A stretch of 64,000 bases of DNA from an uncultured virus (IMG/VR IMGVR_UViG_3300047160_003987) (IMGVR_UViG_3300047160_003987); one strand, 5' to 3'. Counted from the stretch's first letter, positions 37,173-46,820 are shown. Notes: generated by a model not told the origin, from the letters alone. A program made the numbers and translations.

Positions 37173-37415
37173 GGTGGCACCCTTGCGGTCGCGCCCGGAC
37201 CCATAAGAGCCCGTGGCACATTCTGCGATATGCGTGGGTGCAGAGTTTTTAACGCCTTAGTGCGTTCTCCCCTACTGCAGGGGGCGGAAACCGGTTAACG
37301 AGGCGGCACTCGGAGGGTTTTCGATGCCCACAAACGGGGAGGTATTCCTCCACAGAGACGCTTTACCTTGCCTAGATGTGGCGGCCAGCCCGTCTCTGAA
37401 GTCGGCATAAAGACA

Positions 37416-37444
37416 TATTTACCTCAAACCAGAGAAAGACGCAA
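37416..37444 (-). promoter_or_regulatory. sigma70-like promoter for the capsid operon
   Basis: TTGCGT-17 nt-TAAATA, about 240 nt upstream of the capsid ATG. Confidence 0.55.
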
Positions 37445-37445
37445 G

Positions 37446-37655
37446 CTAGCTATGAAACTTGGGCCGCCTATCACCGGCCATCTGCCGACGAAATATTTCT
37501 TTGGCGTTGGCTTCGTCCTTCATCATGCATTCGAAGCAAACGTTGGCACCATTTTTGCCATAGGGCCGAAGCTCGTCTTCCTTGCCGCAGTCCTCACACT
37601 TGCCATCTGGCTCGGCATAAATGAGGAAAATGTTGCCGTCTATCGTTCGGCTCAT
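37446..37655 (-). CDS. small Zn-finger-like protein
   Basis: AGGAG RBS; CEDCG...RPYG...CFEC. Confidence 0.7.
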   Translation of the reverse strand: MSRTIDGNIFLIYAEPDGKCEDCGKEDELRPYGKNGANVCFECMMKDEANAKEIFRRQMAGDRRPKFHS

Positions 37656-37666
37656 TAGTTGGTCTC

Positions 37667-37912
37667 CTACCTCGAGGGAAAGTGCAAGCCACCGCCGGAA
37701 CCCAAGAGGCAGCTGAAGAACGCGAAGATCACATAAACCACCATGATCGCCACGATCGCCCAAAGGATGATCTCGAGAATACGGCCAATGATTGGAAAAC
37801 CCGAGAGGCTGTCAAGGAATGGGATCAGCAAGCGGATAATGGCCACGATCGCAATGATGATGATGAGCCACACCAGCAACTGTTCGAGGAATCCAAGGTT
37901 GAAGCAGCTCAT
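37667..37912 (-). CDS. two-TM membrane protein (holin candidate)
   Basis: Two long hydrophobic segments; GGAGG RBS. Confidence 0.65.
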   Translation of the reverse strand: MSCFNLGFLEQLLVWLIIIIAIVAIIRLLIPFLDSLSGFPIIGRILEIILWAIVAIMVVYVIFAFFSCLLGSGGGLHFPSR

Positions 37913-37923
37913 ATCAGCCTCCG

Positions 37924-38259
37924 TCAGTATCGCCAGCCCCAGCGCCTGCCATAGTAGCGACGAACCATCAACGGCGGCCGAAGGCCATACACCTCGTCAT
38001 CGCTCTCAGCATAGCCATTGCGATAGCCATAGGCCGAGATCGCTGGAAATGGATCGATCACGACTGGACCACCGTAGTAGCCATAGCTCGGGCCACCACC
38101 GTAGTAGCCATAACTCGGCAATACCGGCAAAGCGCCTTGACCCCCCCAAGCCGATGCATTGCCATAACCGTCATAACAGCCGCATTTCGCTAGGACGGGA
38201 GATGTAACAAAAAATAGTGCAACAATTATTGTTATAAAAACCCTCAAGAGCATTTTCAT
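37924..38259 (-). CDS. secreted Gly/Tyr-rich protein
   Basis: Signal-like N-terminus; PSYGYYGG x2. Confidence 0.6.
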   Translation of the reverse strand: MKMLLRVFITIIVALFFVTSPVLAKCGCYDGYGNASAWGGQGALPVLPSYGYYGGGPSYGYYGGPVVIDPFPAISAYGYRNGYAESDDEVYGLRPPLMVRRYYGRRWGWRY

Positions 38260-38270
38260 TGAAATTCCTC

Positions 38271-39557
38271 CTAATATCGCCCCGAGAAGTCCCGCCCCAT
38301 GATCGCATCCAGTTGAGACTTCGGCATATTATCAACATAAATACCGAATTCTTCGTCGTTCATATGCAGCAGCCGCTCCATGCTCAGAGGCTCGCCTGGC
38401 GGACTGCCGCCGCCATCGGACAGCGAGCGTGACGCATTCGCACCGGCCATTTCCGCCTGTATCTGCGCCACCGCACTGGGCATCCGTGGGGCAAGACCAT
38501 TGGACATCCCGGGGGCAAGACCATTGACGGCAGGCCGGTTTTGCCCCAGCCCCCCCGATCTGGGCGCCACTGGAACTCTGGTCGGGGGTGCAGGCTGCTG
38601 CTGTTGGGGCTGCGGCGGCCGCCAACCACGCGCCTGGGCATAGCGCATGATAGAACGCGCCGGGCTGCGCCGGTTCTGCAGCGCATCACTGACCAACTGC
38701 CGTTCCTCATTGTTGAACTCGTTAATGATCTGGTCGACCTCGGCTTGCGTGAACCGTTCATTCGGGTCTCGCGGGTCCTTCTCGAAGAGCGCAAAGCTTA
38801 GCTCGAGCAGCCGGCTGTTCTTCAAAAACTGATAAGCGCCCTCGGGCCCAAAAAAGTGCTGCCCCTCCGCAGTCTGCGTAAACCGGTTGGTGTCGTTGGT
38901 GTAGTCACGCACCATGTTCTGATAGGACAGCTGGTCTTGCGTATCCTCCTGCTGCTGCATAGAGGAATTCATCATGAATATCTGCCGGCGCTGCATCTGC
39001 GCGATCGAGGCGGCCAAATCGATATTCGGGTCGATCGTTTGCTCCAACATCGGGTTCTGCAGAATTTGCTGCTGCCGGGCGTATTCCTGCTCTTGCGGTG
39101 TCAGTTCCCGAGGGGGTGGCGGCGCCATCAGCGCGTCATTGAGGATCGCCAGCCTTTCCGCCAGCTTGGCCTGGCTGATCCGCCCCTCTTCCAGCTGGGC
39201 TCGGAACGCCTCATTATCGGCGCGCGCCTGTTTCAACAGCCGTTGGTGCTTGCCATAAGAGATCGTGCGCTGTTCCCTGCCGGTCCGCGGATCTCGGATC
39301 ACCTGATCCGGTTCATCATCCTCTTCAGGCTCAGGCTTGGGCTGTGCGGGAGCCGGTGGTGCGTGCTCTCCGGTGTCGGGCCCGGGCGCATCAGCACCCT
39401 CCTCTGGGGTTTTTGGCAGCGTCCTGTCGGCATCGCGCATCTCGTCGAAGGCTTGCTGTTCCTCCGGCGTCAGCCCCTGCTCGTTAAGCTGATCGGTCGG
39501 TTCCGGGATATGGCCTTCCTCAACGTCCCCAATTCTCTCCGCCTGCAAGCCTGCCAT
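38271..39557 (-). CDS. putative capsid scaffolding protein
   Basis: Acidic disordered N-terminus, coiled coil, C-terminal SLSDGGG...LLHM.DEEF; between portal and capsid. Confidence 0.7.
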   Translation of the reverse strand: MAGLQAERIGDVEEGHIPEPTDQLNEQGLTPEEQQAFDEMRDADRTLPKTPEEGADAPGPDTGEHAPPAPAQPKPEPEEDDEPDQVIRDPRTGREQRTISYGKHQRLLKQARADNEAFRAQLEEGRISQAKLAERLAILNDALMAPPPPRELTPQEQEYARQQQILQNPMLEQTIDPNIDLAASIAQMQRRQIFMMNSSMQQQEDTQDQLSYQNMVRDYTNDTNRFTQTAEGQHFFGPEGAYQFLKNSRLLELSFALFEKDPRDPNERFTQAEVDQIINEFNNEERQLVSDALQNRRSPARSIMRYAQARGWRPPQPQQQQPAPPTRVPVAPRSGGLGQNRPAVNGLAPGMSNGLAPRMPSAVAQIQAEMAGANASRSLSDGGGSPPGEPLSMERLLHMNDEEFGIYVDNMPKSQLDAIMGRDFSGRY

Positions 39558-39906
39558 CGTCCTCTCCCTGCTGTTTCTTGTGCTCGATGATAAAATTGGC
39601 CACGTTTATCCATGTCGAGGCATCAAGCGGCCCCTGAACTGAACTGTTCCCCTTAATGACCTTGACGCACCCGAGCGGCCATTGCGGATCCTCGAACGGG
39701 CTGAACATCTCTAACCGAAACCCGTTGAAATGCGCGCTCACAAGGTCGCGGACCTTGCCCTGTTCTCGGTTTCCCCTCACCGCAGCAACAGGGATCGGCT
39801 TGTCGACCACGACATCGTCCCATTTGACGGCATCGAGCAGCAGCAGGTGGAAATACTCTTGGGCCTGCCGAAGCATGGCGTGCCGGGCTGAGATCGTTGA
39901 GATCAT
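39520..39906 (-). CDS. hypothetical protein
   Basis: ATGA-coupled to portal. Confidence 0.6.
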   Translation of the reverse strand: MISTISARHAMLRQAQEYFHLLLLDAVKWDDVVVDKPIPVAAVRGNREQGKVRDLVSAHFNGFRLEMFSPFEDPQWPLGCVKVIKGNSSVQGPLDASTWINVANFIIEHKKQQGEDDGRLAGGENWGR

Positions 39907-42446
39907 TGTTGGCCTTCTGATGGCCCCTGTAATGCCCCCGCCATTGCCGTAAAGCGGGCAATATCACTCGTCCGCCTGTTATGCTCGTCCTGCTGCCTCA
40001 GCTGCTGCCCCTTGAGCCCCTGGTCGCCGGTCTGTTTCCGCCTTTGCAGCTCGCGTTCTGCCTGCTGGTTGTTCTGATCCATCTGCATCTGTTGCGCATC
40101 CAACTGCTGCTGCCGGGCCGTTAAATGCGCCTGAATGCGATCGGTCAAGGCCTTGTGCCTGGCAGTCTCCGCCGTGTGGCGATCGATCATGGCGCCGTGG
40201 GTTTCGACCGCAGCACCATGCCGGGCTACTGCGCGGTCGGTGGCGTCGTTCATCATGTTGCTGGCATGCTGCTCGCGATCGATATTGCCCTGCTGCATGG
40301 TGTTGTGCGCGTCGATCAGCGCCTGATGCGCCTTGGCCCGATCCAGTTCAGCCTTTGCAGCCGTACTCATGGCGTCGATATGATGCTCAAACCCAGCCAC
40401 GTCGTTCTTGGCCATCAGGTTCTGCGCCATGGCCAAGTCGTAAGTCGCCGTCGATGTCGTGCCGCCGGCCTTCGCATTCTGCATTTCCGCCGTGCTCTGA
40501 TCCTTGTTGATCTCCGCCACCAGCTTAGAGATCGCCAGCTGCTTCATCGTCTCCTGCCACTGCTGCTGGCCCGGATCGGTCTGCTGCTTCTTGGCAAAGG
40601 TCTTCTTGAGCGCATCAACAAAGGCGGCCGGCAGCGGCGAATACTCCAGCGCCAGGATCAATAGCTCTGGATCAGACATGAATTGTTCCTTGAACGCCGA
40701 GAGCATCGGCTGCATCACCGCCCAATTCGCCTCTTTCATGTTGGGCGACGTCGGCGCATCATCGACCACGACGTCATAGGTGCCTGTCGTCTTGTCCTTT
40801 GTCACCGCCACCACGCCGGCAAATTCCTGCCCGGCCACCCGCACCATCGTGCCATCCGGAATACGCGTCTGAATAAAGAATAGCCGCTTGCGTCCCACGA
40901 TCTTGAGGAAACCGCGCAGGCTGTCAAACATGGTCGCAAGCACCGTCATGCCAGCCTGCTTGCGCATGTGCTCGATGATGCCAGGCTGGTCCTTGTCGGC
41001 CTGTCCGAGCAGTTCGAGGTTGATGCCGGTCACTGCCGTAATTGACTGGATCGCATAGGTAAGCAAGTTGACATAGGCAGAAGCATCACCCTGACCAGGC
41101 TTCGGCATAACCTTGGGTTTGTTGCCGCTCAATGCCCCCGGCGCCATCCACGTAATGCCCTCCGGCATCGCATAGGTCTCTTCCGCCTGCCGTTGATCAT
41201 CGAACGCATCCGCCTCGGCGAGAATACCGCCCTTGGCCGTCGAGTTCATGATCTGCATGATCTGGGACATGAACTTGTTGGCCCACAATTGCGGATCGCG
41301 CATCACCCGCACCAAACCATACCACTGCCGCTTTTTGGCATCGAAGGCGCCTGTAATGACGCCCCATGAAAACTGCTGGCCACAGGGCGCGGGATCAACC
41401 TTATCAAGTAACCCTTCGGCACCGAGGAAAGCCTGGTAGTAACGCCAGCGAAAGGCCTTACGCGAATGGATGGCGATGTTGGTACCAACCTTCTTGCCGA
41501 TCTGCTTCATGCGCCCGGCGATCTTGGCATACTGATCTTCGTCATACTCCTGCACAGTGTTCGTTGCGGCATCGGCAACGCGCCAATAAGGCTCCTTTTC
41601 GCGCCATTGCACCACCACCACTGTTACCTCATTGCGATCGTCATAGTCCTCCCATAGCGCGGTATTTTCGTTCCGAATGCGCTTTTCCTCGATGCTCTTG
41701 AGCGTGGCCTCATCGAGGTAGTTCTGGTTGGCCCATTGCGCATCGATCTGCAGCCGGGTCTTACCAGGAAACATCTGCAGTGCATCGATCAACGGCATCC
41801 GGCGCAGCCGTCCCATGCGTCGCGCATCACGCAGGTTTTTCTTACGCGAGGTGCGGTCCCAAACGAACTCGCGACTGTCGATCTGTTCCTCGATATATGA
41901 TCCTTCCGGCTCGTTCTCATAGGAATAACGCGACTCGGAAACACCTAAACCAGTGCCCAATGCCTGCTGAAATGACTCTGACTGTTCGTCTTCGGCATCA
42001 CAGCCATCACCCATCCATTTCGACGTCGCGGTAAGCAACTCATTCTTGGCACTGTCGGCATTGTTGCGGGGAAGGAAGTTGATCTCATGCCGGCCATTGA
42101 TCTCCATGCCGGCAATGGCGCGCAGAATGGTCTCAACCCGGTTGAAAACAATATGCGGCCGGCCCTGCTCGTCTAACAGCTGCTTATCTTCATCCGAAAG
42201 CTGATCGCCAGAGACAAAGCCAAGGTCGTCGGTGGCTTGTTTGCGCCACTTCAGGGAATATTCGAGATCGGAAATGATATTCGCTTTGAGGATACGGAAT
42301 TGCTGCTGCGGCGGCTTCTTCGACAGAGGGATCAGCGCGCGACGGTCGGCCTCATCTGTCCCCGACATCCCATCATGTTCTGAACCCGGTGTAACGTCCG
42401 AATAGTCAACATCGTCCAGAACTGCCGCCGCTGCGTTCCGCGCCAT
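39903..42446 (-). CDS. portal protein (P22-like)
   Basis: FVSGDQ...GRPHIVFNRV, YGLVRVMRDPQLWANK, VTGIN..LLG, YDVVVD. Confidence 0.9.
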   Translation of the reverse strand: MARNAAAAVLDDVDYSDVTPGSEHDGMSGTDEADRRALIPLSKKPPQQQFRILKANIISDLEYSLKWRKQATDDLGFVSGDQLSDEDKQLLDEQGRPHIVFNRVETILRAIAGMEINGRHEINFLPRNNADSAKNELLTATSKWMGDGCDAEDEQSESFQQALGTGLGVSESRYSYENEPEGSYIEEQIDSREFVWDRTSRKKNLRDARRMGRLRRMPLIDALQMFPGKTRLQIDAQWANQNYLDEATLKSIEEKRIRNENTALWEDYDDRNEVTVVVVQWREKEPYWRVADAATNTVQEYDEDQYAKIAGRMKQIGKKVGTNIAIHSRKAFRWRYYQAFLGAEGLLDKVDPAPCGQQFSWGVITGAFDAKKRQWYGLVRVMRDPQLWANKFMSQIMQIMNSTAKGGILAEADAFDDQRQAEETYAMPEGITWMAPGALSGNKPKVMPKPGQGDASAYVNLLTYAIQSITAVTGINLELLGQADKDQPGIIEHMRKQAGMTVLATMFDSLRGFLKIVGRKRLFFIQTRIPDGTMVRVAGQEFAGVVAVTKDKTTGTYDVVVDDAPTSPNMKEANWAVMQPMLSAFKEQFMSDPELLILALEYSPLPAAFVDALKKTFAKKQQTDPGQQQWQETMKQLAISKLVAEINKDQSTAEMQNAKAGGTTSTATYDLAMAQNLMAKNDVAGFEHHIDAMSTAAKAELDRAKAHQALIDAHNTMQQGNIDREQHASNMMNDATDRAVARHGAAVETHGAMIDRHTAETARHKALTDRIQAHLTARQQQLDAQQMQMDQNNQQAERELQRRKQTGDQGLKGQQLRQQDEHNRRTSDIARFTAMAGALQGPSEGQQ

Positions 42447-42472
42447 GTCTCATCTCGCTGGATACCCGTCTC

Positions 42473-42961
42473 TCAGCCCCCCATCCTCTTTTCCAGTATC
42501 TTAAGCCGCTTGTCGAAGTCATCGAGATATTCGATCATGCTCTTCGGCGGCGCATTGTATTCCCCATACATCTGTTGCCGCAGCACGTTGATCTTGTCCT
42601 GCAGCATCACCGCATTGTCGTCGGTGGCATCGTACAGCATCTCAAGCGTCAATTGGCTTGGCCTCGGTTCATTCTGGATCGGTATGACCGCAGTCCAGCA
42701 ATGATGCTGCTGCTGCTCACTATACTCATGAACCCGCTGCTCCCAGATCACATCCTCAGCCTCAAAACAAACAATGAGGTCGACCGAGCCATCGTCCTCG
42801 TGCTGCTTGAGCACGACCGCGGGAAACTCAGTGCGTCCCTGTCGCATTGCACCATGGCGGCCGCGATAGACCACCCAATTGCCGATCCCAACACGTTTGA
42901 TCTTCTGGATATTCGGATCGGCCTCAGCCATCCGCTTTGTCGTCTCCATGAGATGGCTCAC
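42473..42961 (-). CDS. hypothetical protein
   Basis: GGAGG plus GTG start; 162 aa. Confidence 0.6.
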   Translation of the reverse strand: MSHLMETTKRMAEADPNIQKIKRVGIGNWVVYRGRHGAMRQGRTEFPAVVLKQHEDDGSVDLIVCFEAEDVIWEQRVHEYSEQQQHHCWTAVIPIQNEPRPSQLTLEMLYDATDDNAVMLQDKINVLRQQMYGEYNAPPKSMIEYLDDFDKRLKILEKRMGG

Positions 42962-43229
42962 TTTGGGGTACCTCCTTCATAAACTGCTTGGCCGCCTTGA
43001 TCGCTAATTCATTGATATCCTCGCGCAGAGGTGCCTCGATCTCTACCGTATGCTCGGTTCCCCCGGGATCAATAACACGGAATGTCAAAACCTGCCACTG
43101 ACCCTTGCCATCCGAGGTGGCACGATAGTTCATCAAGCCGTCTTTGAGACTATAGCCAGCTGGCAACTGATCTATGAAGTGCTGTCGCACCAGCCTTATT
43201 CCCGAGAGCGGCATTTCTTCTTCTCCCAT
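42924..43229 (-). CDS. hypothetical protein
   Basis: Collinear ORF in the packaging operon. Confidence 0.55.
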   Translation of the reverse strand: MGEEEMPLSGIRLVRQHFIDQLPAGYSLKDGLMNYRATSDGKGQWQVLTFRVIDPGGTEHTVEIEAPLREDINELAIKAAKQFMKEVPQSEPSHGDDKADG

Positions 43230-43483
43230 GCCTCGATCATACGCTCGCTATACTCATCCGCAGCCATCAGCCTGTTTCGATCATCAAGCTTAACCTCAAT
43301 GACGTTACAACGGTCAGAGGTTGGCGGTGCGTCATAGTCGGTCACCCTGGGATCATGCCAAAGCTGAATGCGATATCGGCCATTGGGGCCAAGGCGATCC
43401 ATCAACATATGATGGGCTTGATCCAGCTGTGTCGCATGGCTGCACTCAAACATATACATCGCAGTACCTCGGTCTCTCATCAC
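43196..43483 (-). CDS. hypothetical protein
   Basis: Start overlaps the orphan HiPIP 3' copy. Confidence 0.55.
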   Translation of the reverse strand: MMRDRGTAMYMFECSHATQLDQAHHMLMDRLGPNGRYRIQLWHDPRVTDYDAPPTSDRCNVIEVKLDDRNRLMAADEYSERMIEAWEKKKCRSRE

Positions 43484-43514
43484 TCTTTCCTGTCAAAATA
43501 CTTGCACCAGCCCT
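43480..43514 (-). repeat. orphan copy of the HiPIP gene 3' end (direct repeat with 44302-44336)
   Basis: 30/35 identical; GWCKYFDRKE* versus GWCKYFDRKG*; 4 of 5 differences synonymous. Confidence 0.9.
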
Positions 43515-43516
43515 GA

Positions 43517-44296
43517 CTATACACCGCACATCCCCTCACATTCATTGTTGAAAAGATCAGGCTGACCGATCTCGGCATCACTGCGAAGATCTACTTCCGC
43601 CAACAGCTTGCATGACCGATGCATGAATTGTTGTCCTTTCATCTTCGCCTGATGGCGGATGGCTGTATCGACTTTAATCGCATCAGCCAATTCCTCACTG
43701 CTCAATGACCGCCATTGCGCATCAGAATGAAATGGACACCCAATGCAAGAAGACTTCGGAGCATTCCAACCGGCGCGATCGAGCCACGCATGACAGTCCG
43801 CACGGTTCATTCTTAATTCGATCAATGGCCATCGGTTAACGACATACTGCACGCGCGATGGTTTCATGCGGAAAGCTTCATCGGTGGAGATGCCAAGCCA
43901 CATCTCCGTGGCACCCTTTGCGCGCCGACCGCCGTACATCTCCACGATCTTGCGACGAACTGGCTCGAGCTTGTAATGCGCAGTACATTGCCGGCGACCC
44001 ATGCCGATCGATCCATCAGTCTTGATAATAAACCAGGGAACCGCAGCATATTGTCCAGCGCGAGCCGATACCCCGGCGATCATGTCATCGCGAATATTGC
44101 TCGTGCTGACCCGATAGACTGGAAACGCTAAAACTTTCTCTAGCCGGCCAAGATGCTCGTAGACCGCCCTAGGCTCCCAACCCGTATCGGCAAAGATCGC
44201 ACAGTCCGGCATAGGTCCGATCTCTCGCTTTGTCGCCATCAACGCAAGCGTCGTCGACTGCACACCAGCCCCGAGAGAAATGATCCTCAATACCAT
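43517..44296 (-). CDS. PAPS-reductase/adenine-nucleotide alpha-hydrolase superfamily protein
   Basis: PP-loop ISLGAGVQST, IFADTGWEP, RQCT, KSSCIGCPFH, C-terminal ECEGMCG. Confidence 0.85.
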   Translation of the reverse strand: MVLRIISLGAGVQSTTLALMATKREIGPMPDCAIFADTGWEPRAVYEHLGRLEKVLAFPVYRVSTSNIRDDMIAGVSARAGQYAAVPWFIIKTDGSIGMGRRQCTAHYKLEPVRRKIVEMYGGRRAKGATEMWLGISTDEAFRMKPSRVQYVVNRWPLIELRMNRADCHAWLDRAGWNAPKSSCIGCPFHSDAQWRSLSSEELADAIKVDTAIRHQAKMKGQQFMHRSCKLLAEVDLRSDAEIGQPDLFNNECEGMCGV

Positions 44297-44301
44297 AATT
44301 A

Positions 44302-44466
44302 TCACCCCTTCCGATCGAAATACTTGCACCAGCCCTTCGGACTGATCAGCCCCTTCACGATCTTGCAGCCATCCGGCTCAATGAAAAACCTGCACAGCGC
44401 GCAACGCTCGTTCATGTATTTTGCCCAAGACGTATAGTCTGCCGCCTCCTTGCTCATGGTACCCAT
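44302..44466 (-). CDS. HiPIP-like high-potential iron-sulfur protein, 54 aa (below cutoff)
   Basis: Manual translation MGTMSKEAADYTSWAKYMNERCALCRFFIEPDGCKIVKGLISPKGWCKYFDRKG*; Y...CxxC-x8-C-x12-C with ISPxGWC; AAGGA RBS. Confidence 0.8.
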   Translation of the reverse strand: MGTMSKEAADYTSWAKYMNERCALCRFFIEPDGCKIVKGLISPKGWCKYFDRKG

Positions 44467-44482
44467 TATGTTTCCTTATTCG

Positions 44483-44677
44483 TCATAGATCATCCACAAA
44501 CTGGAATAATTCGATATCCGTAAAATATCTGGTCCAGGCCGGATCTTGCCTCACATGCGTAAGAAAGGCCGCCTTGGCATGATCGTGATCCTTCGCAAAC
44601 CGCAGACACGCCGGCCATAGCTCATCCATATCCCATTCGCGTTTCCATTTATCAAACCATCGTCTTATAACGCCCAT
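44483..44677 (-). CDS. hypothetical protein
   Basis: 64-aa ORF overlapping the TerL stop. Confidence 0.55.
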   Translation of the reverse strand: MGVIRRWFDKWKREWDMDELWPACLRFAKDHDHAKAAFLTHVRQDPAWTRYFTDIELFQFVDDL

Positions 44678-46227
44678 TGCGAGCCTTTCATTTTCTTTTT
44701 CTCCTTGCTGCGGCTGCCATCCGCCAGCCAGATGCCGTCAGGCTTCAGTCCGACCGCCCCCGTCATCCCGGCGTCAGCCGCATTGCTCGCCCAATTGTGC
44801 AACGGGACCGACGTCCACTGTGCCAGCTGTTTGCTCCACGTCTTGCGGTAATTATCGAGGCATTCCACCAGCCTCGTACAATGCTCGCTATCGATCCACG
44901 TCAATGACAGCATCTTGCGCAACGCCTCGATCGCATCCTCCTTGTCAAGTACCCGAGGCACGATCTCGAAGTCGATCCCAAGGTCTGACGCTATCTCCTT
45001 CCGCGTCTTCGCATCATTCGCCCAACTGCGATGGCCAATATCATGCGGGCCATAATGTTTGCCAAGCGTAAAGCCACGCTTTGCAGCGATCTCATGCACC
45101 TTGCTGGCATAATGCTGCACGCCCTCGCCAACGTTCTCGTAATAGTCGATAATGCGATGCCGCGTTCCGTCCGTCTGATGAAACCAAATAGCGTTCTGGT
45201 TATTCTTGGTTTCCAACCCGATATCCCAGAACGTATTGACCAAATAGTTGGGATCATGCGGGATCGGATAGCCTATCCTGCGCTCTTCTCTAGCCTTCTG
45301 CATCTCCTTCTTAAACCACGTGCCCTCCATCGAATTGTAGAAGGTCTCTTCCATCATGCTCGGAAATTCCGAGTGCATGTCGTCGCGCCCGAGCGTCTGA
45401 TGCTTCAGCACATACCAAGCTTTCTGCTCCGGCGTCAGACTGATGGCGTGCTTGTGGAACAGAATATCAAAATAGTCGCGCATCTCGCTGCTGATGATCG
45501 CAAGGTTGGTCTGCACCGCATATTTCGGGTCCATCCACCATGCGAAAAAATGTAACCTGAAGTCTAGCTGTGACAGCGACTGCCCTGAGCGCATCTTGGC
45601 CTCGGCGGTCTGCACCATGTCATAGAATTGACCGCTTGTGCCGTGCGCGGTGCTTTCGATCTTTACCTTTTGACCGGGGGCGATGGTATTTAAGGCGCCC
45701 GTTTTTATCTCGCGTGCAATATCCGGTTTGTCCGTCGCTATCTTCCCATACTCCGATATATGCAAATACTGCAGCGTCCCACCGCGGTGGCTGGTCCCCA
45801 CATAACACGTAGATCCGTTTGACCATTTAAGCTCCTCTTCGTTGTCCTTGATCAACCGGATCGTTTCGCGCACCGAAGACGGCGTCCCTATATAGGCGGT
45901 CCTAACCTTCTGCAGCTTCAGCTTGGCATCATCCAGCGTATAGTCGATGATGCCTGCCGTGAAGTTCTTGCGCCAAATACAATGATCGGCAATGTCTATG
46001 GCTATCTCAGAAGACATGCCAAGCTGCCGGGCCTTGACCACGATATCAAGCAGCCATTGCTCTCGTGCATACTTCTGTTGAGCTACCCGCCGCCGATAGG
46101 GCACCAATTGCCCCTGTTCATTAAGGATCGAATACAGAGAATTCATCCGCCTATCACGATCGGAAAACCGATAGCGCAAGTCTTTATAAATGTCTGACCC
46201 CTTGAGAATAGAAACTGGTTCGGTCAT
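44665..46227 (-). CDS. terL: terminase large subunit
   Basis: VKARQLGMSS Walker A variant, LHISE Walker B, IESTAHG, nuclease FWDIG...YGPHD...HNWASNAADA. Confidence 0.95.
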   Translation of the reverse strand: MTEPVSILKGSDIYKDLRYRFSDRDRRMNSLYSILNEQGQLVPYRRRVAQQKYAREQWLLDIVVKARQLGMSSEIAIDIADHCIWRKNFTAGIIDYTLDDAKLKLQKVRTAYIGTPSSVRETIRLIKDNEEELKWSNGSTCYVGTSHRGGTLQYLHISEYGKIATDKPDIAREIKTGALNTIAPGQKVKIESTAHGTSGQFYDMVQTAEAKMRSGQSLSQLDFRLHFFAWWMDPKYAVQTNLAIISSEMRDYFDILFHKHAISLTPEQKAWYVLKHQTLGRDDMHSEFPSMMEETFYNSMEGTWFKKEMQKAREERRIGYPIPHDPNYLVNTFWDIGLETKNNQNAIWFHQTDGTRHRIIDYYENVGEGVQHYASKVHEIAAKRGFTLGKHYGPHDIGHRSWANDAKTRKEIASDLGIDFEIVPRVLDKEDAIEALRKMLSLTWIDSEHCTRLVECLDNYRKTWSKQLAQWTSVPLHNWASNAADAGMTGAVGLKPDGIWLADGSRSKEKKKMKGSQWAL

Positions 46228-46233
46228 CGCGCA

Positions 46234-46602
46234 TCACAAGAATGAAGCCGCGTCGCAGAACGAAAAGGTCGCTCCCGCGTTCCAGTTGATATAATTAAAA
46301 CCCGATAGCCGTCGCGACAAATTCCCGGCTGTGCGCGCATTGCTGGCAAGTGGCCCAAGTAACTGCAACTCATATCTAATTTGCTGGTTATCCGGAACCT
46401 CAATCCCAAGCACCCTTGCCGTGTCAATACCCGGGCCAGGGAAGATGATCGACACCGGCGTCGCACCATTGGAAACCCCCAGCGCGCTCCATACGGGGGG
46501 TTCTTCAGCAAGCCACACCGTATCCACCGCCATGCGCCGCTGATGCGAGACAAACATTTGCGCAAGGCCGTTGTACCCGAAGATGCGGACCGTGAAAGCC
46601 AT
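46234..46602 (-). CDS. hypothetical small beta-rich protein
   Basis: TGATG-coupled 122-aa ORF. Confidence 0.7.
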   Translation of the reverse strand: MAFTVRIFGYNGLAQMFVSHQRRMAVDTVWLAEEPPVWSALGVSNGATPVSIIFPGPGIDTARVLGIEVPDNQQIRYELQLLGPLASNARTAGNLSRRLSGFNYINWNAGATFSFCDAASFL

Positions 46603-46802
46603 CAGTGTCTTATCCCTATCGAACCAAACCGGCGCTTGCCGACCGGCTTACCTTTGTGCACCCGCGCCGGAAGGTGCTTATAGGCTCCCGGCCCATGTGG
46701 TGATGCCGCTATGAACTCCCGCGCCACCTTTGCGGTCTTCTCTGGGGCATTTTCTGCTGCCCAGCGAGCCCACCGGTTTTGTGCCAAAGACACGAGCGGC
46801 AT
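46602..46802 (-). CDS. small basic protein
   Basis: GAGGAGG RBS; MP.VS.AQ.RW...LPARV. Confidence 0.7.
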   Translation of the reverse strand: MPLVSLAQNRWARWAAENAPEKTAKVAREFIAASPHGPGAYKHLPARVHKGKPVGKRRFGSIGIRH

Positions 46803-46820
46803 TTCACCCTCCTCATCTAT

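Noticed and set aside
38084..38530. In-frame tandem repeats (PSYGYYGG x2; NGLAP x2)
   Set aside because: Ordinary intragenic duplications in low-complexity regions, not at gene ends.
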